A stretch of 64,000 nt of DNA from Raillietiella orientalis (Eukaryota), in the NCBI GenBank assembly GCA_036172245.1, contig JAYWIR010000007.1, forward strand, positions 4,898,001 through 4,962,000. Direction: 5' to 3'. The stretch's first letter is position 1. Every line of letters begins with the position of its first letter. The position numbers and the translations under genes are program-made. The notes beneath the pieces are model-generated. The model worked only from the letters and a program-made list of their open reading frames with translations, was not told where the DNA came from and made no database searches. Positions 12,655 to 23,900 of the stretch are shown one piece after another.

Positions 12655-14916
12655 GGTGATTAAGAAAATGTCGAACAATTCAATGTTTACATTAAAAAGA
12701 TAGCATATGCATCTTAAGCTTGCATAGGGAGAACTATGTACCATGAGTCCAAAAAAAGTTTTTGCAATAACGTCTAGCAATAAAAAACGATTTCATTTTT
12801 GCATAACAGTGCTGCTGTTTCTTTCACGTTAGTCATTTACAGAATTTGTGGAAGGATTACTTCTGACTGCAAGTAATGACGTATTTTTTTGTTTATCTTA
12901 AAACAATAACTTATGATGGCTTTGCCCTAATTATGTATTATAAAACAAGAAAAATGCTATTTTGCTCTTCATCCGAAGAGAACGTAAACTAATGCTTCCG
13001 CATGGTAATTTGTGTGATTTACGACTACACTCTGGTATATAATGCTAAACGTCAATTGCACATCAGCTTGACTTGAAATTTAATATGATTACGATAAAGA
13101 AACCAATTGCATCAATCGGTTCAAGTTGTACAAGAAAGCACAGGCAGATTGTTCCTGTGGGAATGGTAGGCAACCAAAAGTACGATTATGCTCGCACACA
13201 CAACGTGCTGATTGTGCACTGTGGAAAAAAAAAACGTATTCACTTCAAGTCTCAGTAAATTTGACTTGTTTTTCTCACAAAAAGGTTACACATCATGCAG
13301 CTTAAGTATACAAAGATAGCACAGATGCCCTACCACACGTTACAGGAGGCTTACATCATTGTTTCACATAAGGAATTGAAATTTGTTTTCCCAAACATTG
13401 TGTGTCTACAGATTCACAGAGAGCTTTCATAAGGTTGTTTTTGTGAACTCAACTGCATGGCAAAGGGTTCTGCAAGAGCTGCTTCCTTTCACATGCGTCT
13501 GCCTCAACGATGTGACGTTCAGATTGCAAACATCCCACAATTTTTTTTGCGAATTTGAGAAACTTTTTTTTTTTTTTTAACGCAAACGAGATTGTATGCT
13601 GGAATCATAACTTTATCAGATGTATTGCACCTAAGGCTAATGCTCTTTTAGCTGGATGAGAGCATAAACCCCTTGAAATCTGTGTCTTCCAAGCGTCAGC
13701 GTACGGACTTATTTTATTCACGAAGAGATTTAAGCTTTTCCGGTACATCCCTTTACCCTTACTTATATTCTTATTCCAATTTTCATTCTTGCCCCTTTTT
13801 CTTTCAGCCTTCGCCATCCGTTTGGTATTCATTAAAGGGATATTTACCAACCTAAACTCCAACGATTTATGCTCCCGAAGCGCCATGAGACAATCATCGT
13901 AAAGTATGCTTCATATATAGTTCTTCTCAGTCTGTTTATTCTTAACTTCCCCAAGCTTGGGAATCCTTCTTTTGAGCTGGAACCACTCTTACTCAAATGC
14001 AAAATCAGCCATCAGACAGCAAAAAATCTTTTACGACAGCTACATGCATTAGTTTACGGCTTCGTATGGTCACTATAAACTTGAAATCTGATGTCATTGA
14101 TGGTCAAGAAATTGCAGTTCTGGTCCTGACATTGATGTCAGATTTCAAGACATTGATGTCCCTCTTGCTGATAATTTAAACAGCAGAGTGCTTCCTTTCA
14201 CGATTTGCGTAGCAAGGTTGCAACTTTAATCTTGTTGCATTCTAAGACGTTTTGAAACTCCTATTCCACGTGTGGAGCAAGGGCAGTTTTTCGAACCACT
14301 ATTCTCTATGTTGTATAAAGCTCATACGTTGCTATATACATAATTATGTGTACGTAAGTGAGTAGGTTGATATTTTTATTTTGCCCAGAAATTCAGCTTC
14401 TATCAAGCTTCTTGAATTCATTTGAGTAGTACCTTAATTAATGAGTTCTCTTAATGAAAACGTTTAAATCTATCGAAATAGTTTGACGAAAGAACAATGG
14501 AATCAAGGAAAAAATGTATATATATCTAATACTGTAAGTTTTTTGTTTTCGGTTGACGAGTTATTTTCTACGATGAACTCAGTTTCTTACTATGTAAAAT
14601 GTTTTTTTTCCTCAATATTAACTCTTATGGAATTTTCGAAGTTGGAATTCATGCATGCTCTTTTGAGTCAATTTTCTTAATTGAATTTATACTGGCTCAT
14701 TTTGCGAAACATCTTCCTTGTTTTAGCACATCACCAAATTTTGTGTTACTAAAAAGTCATCCAAATTTTTGATCCATACTTCAGTTTCTACAATGATCCC
14801 GTGCAGGCGAGCTTAGCAATTGAGTCCTTAGTTGCATGAGTCTTTAGTGCTGAAAGAGATGTTTTTAAGGCATTGTTTATGTATATTTATCATCAGATTT
14901 CTCATAATTCGTGAGG

Positions 14917-15012
14917 TGGATCATAATTTCGTCGAAGGGTTATCCGATTTATAAAGTGACAAGAAAGTACTATGTATTGTTTAAACATTTGAGAGATGTG
15001 AGTTTGTATTGA
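14917..15012 (+). pseudogene. Putative C-terminal 31 aa of a circovirus-like capsid protein
   Basis: Frame 14917-15012 reads WIIISSKGYPIYKVTRKYYVLFKHLRDVSLY*, resembling the last strand of circovirus-like capsids (Y.V..xYV.F+). It converges on Rep and is followed by AATAAA. Short, so the similarity is by eye only. Confidence 0.6.
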
Positions 15013-15042
15013 ATGTACACATAAATAAAGAGCAAAAAGCAT

Positions 15043-15693
15043 TTATTGGTCTACTTCATCATACGATGTGGAAGGTGGTGATAAGGTGGAAACTGAAGAG
15101 GTAGCAGGCGAGTCAGGGGCTGTTTCTGTCCTAGAGCTTGAAGAAACAGGCCATGGGAGAATGCTGCCATCTTCCGATAATTGCCAAGGAACTTTCTTAC
15201 TGAGACTATGGGTGGCAATGTTGTGCACAATCCATCTGTCGGTCGAAAGTTTGGCGAAGTCTGGTTGCCAGTTGGCAAAGACAATGATGTGAGGAGGCTG
15301 AAAATATTTGAGGCTGCCTTGGTATTTGGAATCAAATATGATTCCATTTTTAAGAGATTCTATGAAGCCGTACTGTACGTGCTCCATGTTATCCTTTGTA
15401 AAATCAACGACAATTATGCGTTCTCCGTTGTACAGGTACGCTGCATCAGCTTTCCGACAGCTATGCATGTAAATGGCGTCTCGTTTGAGAAACAGAAATT
15501 TCGCCATGGTCGTCTTGCCCGTGTTGCCGCAGGTATCATAATACAGTGGATTTTCCTGTGGTTAGGCTTGTGGCGGATGATGTCCAAGATGTCCATTTGC
15601 CATTGCTTGAGTTGTAGGCCAGCCATGGGGTTTGGGTGTTGTCGAGTGCGTGACAAGCGGAAGCATTCTTTAATAAAATTGATATTTTTCGAG
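15043..15693 (-). pseudogene. rep: CRESS-DNA Rep, SF3 helicase domain; 5'-truncated, one frameshift
   Basis: LKQWQMDILDII..PNHRKIH[W]YYDTCGNTGKTTMAKFL (Walker A, restored by adding one G near 15544), IIVVDFTK (Walker B), YGFIESLKNG..FDSKY, HIIVFAN (motif C), LSTDRW (Arg finger), then an S/T/P-rich tail. No HUH endonuclease motifs present. Confidence 0.9.
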
Positions 15694-16028
15694 TAGCAAT
15701 TGAGTCCTTAGTTGCACGAGTCTTTAGTGCTGAAAGAGATGTTTTTAAGGCATTGTTTATGTATATTTATCATCAGATTTCTCATAATTCGTGAGTCACA
15801 GTTAACTTCAAAAGCAGGATCTGAGTGCTTGGGAATCATTTTTCTGAGGCAACTTTGCATTTGTTTTGTCATTTTTTTTATTTCACAGTGATCACCACAA
15901 ACGAAATTTCGCTTCATGGAAGATAGGAGTCACACACGATTCCCAGGGCTCAGTCCTTTTACCTTTCAATAAGTTCACAGACAAATTTCCGCGGACTAGT
16001 TTTCTGAACTTAGTTGCCGTTCTTAATT

Positions 16029-16188
16029 CTGACTACTGATAATGATTTGCAGCTCTTTATAAACAAAGCGTACGACTGCCTGACCACTGAGTCAATTTAA
16101 CCGCACAGATTCCGCTCAAGCCGCAAGTTACCCATTCTATCTATGTTTTAGAGAGAGTTTATTATAAATAAGCCCATCTGATTGGCTG
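16029..16188 (-). promoter_or_regulatory. Possible Pol II promoter facing the decayed gene and Rep fragment
   Basis: On - strand: AGCCAATCAG CCAAT box (~16187-16178), TATAAA (16061-16056), TCAGT Inr-like (16039-16035), then a GAAAG|gtaaaa donor near 15962. Confidence 0.3.
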
Positions 16189-17940
16189 GGTAATCAGGAT
16201 CACTGAATCACTGAATTAATCAAGAACCATCATTTGCTCAGTTTGTGCAAGAGTTCTTTTATATTGCACGAGTGCGTGTAAGCCACCATTGCTTATGTTT
16301 GAAGAGGAAAACAAAAAAAAGGTTCCACATAGCAAACACTTTTTCACGTCATCGTCACTGATTTCATTATTTTTCTTAACGCCCACAGAATTTTTGCAAG
16401 GACACTGGATTTTAAAGTCATCTCATTCAATAACTTTCAAATTCCAAGGGGACTTCATGAATTTTCATTTTTAATTGAAGGTTGAATCACGTGCTCAGCA
16501 TTTTGCTTTCTAAACCGGTGAATTATTACACCGCTCGGTAATCATTAGATTCATTGTATGTAATTCTTCTAGAACGCAAAATGTGTGACACGCAGAAAAT
16601 AAACCTTTAACACATTTATCGAACACAAAAATTCTATCCATAAAATTCTACGCTCTATAGAAATCCCATATGAAACAGGCTGTTAGTACCCGTAGGAATC
16701 TATTTTAGCTAGCCTTTAAGGCTCAAGTGTTCTCGAATAGAGAAACGTCGTTATGATCGAGTTTAAACGAAACACATATGCTTATGACTTTAAACTACAA
16801 CTTGAATGATTAACTTGTACTTTAAGTACTCCTTACGCTAGAATTCTGAGATTTTAGAATCCATTTAAGCAAGTCTGTTATCCACATATACCAAGACGTT
16901 GATTGCACTCTTTCATTTTATCGTCACACTTCGCAATAGACTGGCCACCTGATCTCTGGGTCATCTTTTCAATGGTGAATAAACTACACTGCATGCTTAC
17001 ATTCAAGAATTTTGAAGAAGCACATCCCAAGCTAACTCAGTTTAACGAGTAAAGCCGGATGCTGCGATGCATGGACCAGATGGACTTTTCGGTTAAGTCA
17101 TGTCACAGGGCTGCAACGGGTACTGAACAATATCTAAAGGCTAAAGAGCAGAGATCCTCCGCGCGAGTGTGAAAAATGTAGTTGGTAAAATAAACAGTAA
17201 TGACTTGAACATCAATGACCGATGGAATATTCAATCTGATTTAATCTTTGCATTACTTTAACTAGTCGGTGAAGTATGTTACCAAGGCGAGTCTGGTTAC
17301 TTGCATAACTTGAAATCTGCCTTAGGACATTAAAAATAACAATAAATCTCCAATGAATTGAGTAATGTTTACATGTGGACGATTTCTAGAACGTTCTCCT
17401 AAATGTTTAAATAGTTACAAGTGCCTTAGTATGTATCAGGGAAATACAATCACAGAAACGAATAACATTTTTTGAATAATCTTATGATAGTCTACAGCAA
17501 CACCAGTCATAAAAAGGTGAAATGAGTGAAAAATGAAAAAATAATAAAAGAACGTAATCAGTGAGAGAATTTCACTAATTTATTGAGAACTGATGGAAGA
17601 ACATAGGTAGAATGAATAAGGAGAAAGGAGGGCACATTGCAACTGATGAAGAAATCAGAATATGTTGGATTCTGAAAACTTTAATAATCCAAATTTCATT
17701 AAAATGAACTTTTTAAAGGACTTTTTGTTGACATGTAATATAATGTGATCTTCACATCTAGAATTTGCAGTAATAAAATGCAATATAACAAAATTACATA
17801 TCCAGTTTCATCAAAACATTCGCATTGTTGCTTGCTTGTTTTACTTTTGCAAAAGGATAGGCGATACAACTGAATCTTTTAAACATCCCAAAACCATGCA
17901 GTATTTTGTGACTTCTGTTTCTGACAATAATGATGAAATA

Positions 17941-20900
17941 TTACAATATAATTTTCATACTGACCATCATAACATTTGTATTCTCTTGTTTTTTTGTAAA
18001 AATACACTGGAAAGTTTCTGGATGAGAACCTCGTTTCTCTCTCCTGGAAAAGTCACCAGAATAATGGACCATTATTAATGTTCTTAACTCAGCATTCCAG
18101 GCAATAACAGGAGTTTCCATTTCCCTTTCTGAAGAGCTGCTGGCTGCAGAAGTGACAGGAGTATACCAGATGCACAACCTTTCATTAGCTACATTTGCAG
18201 AAACTGCAGGCAACGAATTTGCATAAGAAATCTAAAAATCATCACAGACTGAAAACAGAAATCTTACTGTGCTACTTACTTTATTATCTACACTGTTTGG
18301 TAAAAATTCTTGATCTGATGGCATTATATCACCATCCATATCTTCTGATACTGAAAGCTTGGTTTCAGATAATGTTCCAGGTAAGGACTCATCACAATGA
18401 ATATCCGCCTCCAGTAAACACTGGTGATGAATACAACTGAAACTATTAGATGGGTCACTTTCTATGAGACAAGACGAAAGATCGTGAATATGGACTTCAA
18501 TTTCTGGAAGGGTGTCTGTGCTTGCAGAGAATTTCTTTTCTAGTGAAGATAAGTCACCCACATTCAATGCTGATGCACTTGTAATAATCTCATCTCCATC
18601 ATAACCACAAGTAAAATGTTCTAGAGGTGTACTACTAAACACATTGTTGGAGATATCATTGCTATTAAAAATAGGATCTGTCTCTTCTTTTCTTAGTGTT
18701 TCCAAAGGAAACATACCATCAAATTTGGCATTGTGATTCCTTGAAGTATTATTGGGAGGAAAAAGTCCAAACAAGGAAAGAGGAGTGGATGATAATTGGG
18801 TCTGAGAGAGAAAAACAGAAAAGAGTTTCACTGTTCGGCAAAACGGGCACTGACTAAAGCTGGTGATTCTTTTGTTACCCTTTCTTCATCTGATTCACCA
18901 AAGAGAACTCTAAAAACTTCCTGCCACTGATTTTGCATTACACGTGGCAGTTCTCTTGTAAGTCGTTCTCGGGCAATTTCTAAGGACTGTGCTTTTTTCT
19001 GAAGACTAGTGGCAACTTTATGTTCCTCTTCAATCCTTTCTTGTAGCTCAGAAATGAACTTTTGATTTTTCTCTTTGAGCAATGCAATTTCACTTTCATG
19101 TCTGAACACAATACAAAACACAATGAATGTATTTATGTTGTAATGGAAAATTGGCAGCGTGAATAATGACTTTCTACAGATATCTTACACATATAGAATA
19201 ATGTTAAACATTGCTTCATGCATCACAAAGTGTTTACCAGTTGCTCACTTTGTTAAATAAAAGCAGCGAATAATACAAACTGCAAAGTTACTCACAAATA
19301 CCCTGTAAAACGTTCAACATACTCATAATTTAAACGATAAAAGCAAATAACTGAAAACACATGGTCAACATATTCTATAAAGTTATCACACTATTACAGT
19401 CTACAGTTCTCATAAAATCATTAGCCAATTACTTCAAATCAATTAGCAAATTTGAATTTCTTTATCCCTGTCCGTATGCTGTATCTGTATGCTACATCAT
19501 TATGAATACTAGATAGCAGTAAACAACATTCAAAAATACAGTAGCGCCTGTCATGCAAACCCAAATTGCATGTGTTATGCAGTCATAATGGATCACTTAC
19601 AGGGTCTAAATTTTATAAATAAATTTTAACATTACGATTAGAAATTTTTAATTGAGATGATGGTGATATAGAATTGCATACCACCAAAAATACATGAGAT
19701 GCATTCAATAATTCTTCACCATATTGCAATAATTATTATTTATATATTAATTTATTATTACAGAATTTAAATATCTCTTAAAATACCAGTTTATCTTATT
19801 TTGCTGTTATTCCTGAAAAATTCTGATGTCACCACATTACACCTAATCAACCCACTCTAATAAAATAATCTAATCAACTTCATAGGGAATTACCGTACAA
19901 AAACAATTTTTTTTTGTTGATTCACATTGTTGGATAGATACTTTAAATTTCAGCTTAGGTACTTTTATTCTCTGATGAACTTGTTTTACACAATCTTTAA
20001 TGAGTTCGCAAATAAATTGTAAACTTAATAAGGTATCCATTCATTCCCCTCGATATTTTCCTGATGGTTCATTTGAAGACATAATCACAGTGTGACATTT
20101 ACTTTGTTAACGTGCCTTCATTTTTCTTTAAACATTAATATATTTTTCTGTTTTACATTTCAAAAAATTTTGGATCATGAAGTGCGTGATAATTCAATTT
20201 AATTGTAAATTCTTCTTATGATTATTTACATTAAGCTAGTTGCCTTTTACCCTATTTTAAGATTTGAGCTAGGGACTGCAGATTTGCAGAAAAAAAATGC
20301 CAAAGGATCCCATAAGATTTCCAAATCAAGCTATTTTTTTGGATTCAGGATGCAACCACAAACTAAAAAAATAAACTAAAATTCCAAGACTAATTTGATT
20401 TGTAATAACAACATAATTCAAAATTAAAAAATAGTTCACTTAGAAATAAAAAATATGACCTGATTATTTGGTTCAAAAAAAAATTAATTAAGAAACTTAA
20501 GTTTAAAAAAAGAAATGAGGGATTTATTTGCAAAAACAAGACGAAGATGTTGACAACTTCGATGTACTTTGCAGTACCTTGTCCTCAAATCAATGGTTTC
20601 CTTTTCTAAATGCTTTTCAACTCTTTCTTTCTCTTTGAGATATTTGTCTTGATAAAAGAGTCTAATTTTGGATTCAATATTTTTGAATTCATGTTGTGCC
20701 TCTGACATTTTATCTAGTATAACTTTTTGCATCCTCTGTTTGTAGAATTCTTCTAAATACACCTTTTGTTGATTAAAACCATCCTTACACTTCGAGAGTT
20801 CCTTCTCAAATTCGGATAGCCTATTGGCCTGGAACCAAGAGAAAAAAAAAATTATCACTGAAATTCCACCATACTCAACCGATAATTATATAAAATTTCA

Positions 20901-23900
20901 ATGCTAAAAAGACAAAAAGTTACCGAATTCTGTCGGTATTCGGTGAAAAGTCGATCTTTCTCTATCAACTCCTTTTTCAAATTCTCAATTTCTTCTCCTG
21001 CTGCTTTTAATGCATGATCCAACTGGTTCTTCACACGTCGTTCATCTTCAAGTGATTTTTTGAAGGAGTTCTTATCTTCTACTTTCTTTTTCAACTAAAA
21101 GAAAATTGTCATTCTCAATAGTGAAACATTACTTCATGAGATTCATGTGCTAGATGCTGAATCTGCTGAATCAACTGAGAATTCTGATCTAGGGCTTTTT
21201 GTTTTTCCTTCACTGCAGTTTCCTTTGCGGAGAACTCGAGTTTTAGAGTTCGTGAAAGTTCTGAAAGCTGAGTGTCCATGTCATTGATTTTTTTTTCATG
21301 AGCACTTCTCAGTTTTTTCAAAGCCTCTTTCTCAGATTCCACCTCCTTTAACTTCTACAATACAACTCATATCAATAAAACAAGGTAAAATCAAATTGGG
21401 CAAAATATCTGAATGTAATGTACATTTTAAAATCTTCATTTAGCGAGCTGCAAATCATGACCATTGTAACAATAATACAATGTCATGCAACATCTGACTA
21501 ACCAGTTTAAAGGAGATCAAGTCACTGTTCATTTCTTTTGACTTTTCATTGCACAGTTTGTTACAATTGTACACGAACACTCAACAACATGGCAAGCACG
21601 AAACTACTCATTCAATCTATATTATTCAAATAATAAATATTTTGTTTTACTCAATTCTGCTTCCATGGAAATTGTTGTGCTTGCACACATTCATTCTACA
21701 CAGCACAACTAAAATTCAAAAATTTTAAAGCTGTGATTGCAATGAGTAAACTTATAAATATTATAGAATTTGAAACATCTTGAACCTAAAAATTTCGTTC
21801 GTATGTTTGGGGGTAATTTATAGTATCATACATACAAAAATCTTCAAGATATCCAATAGACAGCTGTATCAGACCTACTGACTATATCACCATCATTGAT
21901 ACAATTCTGTTATAATGCTGTTGATTTAATCTAACAATCCCAATAAGAAATAACAAGTTTAAAATTATGATTGCAAATGCCACAATTGTTTCTTTTTTTG
22001 CTCAAAAAAAAAAAAACTTTTAGCAATACTTTCTTTTGGTGCATCACACAGCATAAATAATGTTTTTGTGTAAGCATATTTTACTCTAAATTCAAGATAC
22101 TACATTGTTTTATGCTTCTGGAAACGTCAAACTTAAACAAGATTTCATTATGCATAACAATGATTTCTTGATTCATCAATTTTCCTTGCACACAAATCTG
22201 CTGGGAAACCCAATGAATAAAACAGCATCAAAACCTGTTTATAGCCATGAATATTTTCTTTCAGGACTTTCACTTCCAATTCAAAAGTTTTTCTTGAATC
22301 TAGTACTCTCAATATGTGCATTTTCCATACATCATGCAAAAATTGGCCATGTTTCTTCAATTTTAAAATCAAGGTTTCACCTTTTCGAATTGCAATAGAT
22401 AGCTTTGCATTTTGTTCTTCTAAAGCCATAATTTGATTTTCTAATTTTTTCAAATGTTCTTCATGTTTCTAAAATGAAAAGCAATAAATAAACCCAGTAA
22501 ATGAATATAATCAACATATATGTAAACTTTTATAATACACAGGATTTTTGCAGCTTACAGATTATGAAAAAATCAGCCATTCAGTAATCTGGTGAAGACA
22601 GACAGACAGAAATAGATGTTTCAGTAAATTTCTACTGAGTTCCTGTATATTATTGTAACCCATATGTTAACTACAAGGAAATAAACCAATTCTGATACAA
22701 AAACATTCCTTTTTAAGCATTTTTTCATTAAATTAGTCCAGGAAAATGGACCTATTTAACAATGAGTAATAGATAAAAAACAAATATTTAAACATGAAAA
22801 CTTGACACTTTTCTGGAGCAAATATAAACAAGATCTTATCAAAGTTTGAATCAACAATCTATGAAATATTTTCCAAAGATAATTTATGAGCATGGTTGTA
22901 ATGTCATGTCAATTAGCTCATGGAGGATTAATAGTAGATCTTCAAATGATATACAAAAAATTTATACCCACTTTTAAAAAACTAATTTAATTTAAAAACT
23001 ACTAATAATAAACTATAAAAAATAAACTATAATAATAAACTTTAAAAACTACTAATAATTTAATTTAAACTACTAAACTACTAATTTACAGCAGCGTAAT
23101 TCAACTGTATTTAATGATGTAGGGCAGTTTTATTAAAAATCAAGTTTCGTTCGATAATTTAAAAAACATATTGGAGTGGATTGTTAAAGAGTTTTAAGTT
23201 TCAATTTTTTAACACTCAATTTTCGATTTATGAATGAAAAAATGAAACCATACATCTATTCCTACACAATAGAATTCACAATTCTTACAATGGTATGCAT
23301 TGCATATTCCATTTCCATGAATAAATAGTCTTTATACAATATAGTTAGACTACTCAACTTCAAACACATTCATGTGAGTTGCAACTAGTATTTTTATTCA
23401 TTTCCATTAAATTTCATCATTTTAATTAGCTTTAACTGTTTCAATTATGAATCAGAAATATGAATATGTGACAGTTACTTAGTCAACAATGGAAAGCATG
23501 ATGAGTTTCCCCAAGGAAATCTTTGACAAACCATAATTTTAGCTGGGTAGTGACAGTCATCTTTTTGTATGTAATAGATAAAAATCCAGCATCTTTACAA
23601 ATAAGTAGCATCAAGGACATGCCAACATTATCATTACGAATTCAACTTGCAGTGCTATTCTGCATTAATGAAAATAAATCATAAAATCGCATCTTACAAA
23701 AAAAACAAAAAAGCAATCTATGAATAGGATAATAAAATACGTTGTAGCGATACTATTAAACCTTAAAGAATTTCACAAACACACAAAAAATTATGTATTT
23801 ACAAAATCCACCCAGGGAAATAGAATATCCTAACAAAATACGTGAGATTTTTGCTTTCGTATCAAAGATCCTCAAAGCTTTTCAATAAAGGATGAGTGTG

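Larger units (their letters stand above)
14916..15693. mobile_element. Endogenous viral element: fragment of a CRESS-DNA virus (Rep 3' half plus putative Cap 3' end)
   Basis: 778 bp between the direct repeats, holding a Rep helicase on - and a convergent capsid-like C-terminus on +, separated by a 30-bp gap. AATAAA on + at 15024-15029 and on - at 15047-15042 (overlapping the Rep stop). Confidence 0.85.
14814..15795 (+). repeat. 102-bp direct repeats (14814-14915 and 15694-15795) flanking the viral insert
   Basis: TAGCAATTGAGTCCTTAGTTGCA[T/C]GAG...CTCATAATTCGTGAG is identical in both copies except one T/C difference. Confidence 0.95.
13260..15917 (-). pseudogene. Decayed coding-like sequence of unknown identity, interrupted by the CRESS insert
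   Basis: Runs of coding-like - strand frames broken by stops (e.g. ORFs 15708-15917 and 13605-13886; ARLHGIIVETEVWIKNLDDFL near 14750-14810). No recognisable motif. Confidence 0.3.

Noticed and set aside
15181..15696. 171-aa + strand ORF antisense to rep, as a possible circovirus ORF3-like gene
   Set aside because: Starts at TTG, has no motif and reads through the rep frameshift site, so it cannot be an ancestral viral ORF at this length; treated as a shadow frame.
14800..16300. CRESS replication origin (nonanucleotide stem-loop) and HUH endonuclease motifs
   Set aside because: No NANTATTAC hairpin or HUH/YxxK motifs seen; the insert is not a complete or autonomous genome.
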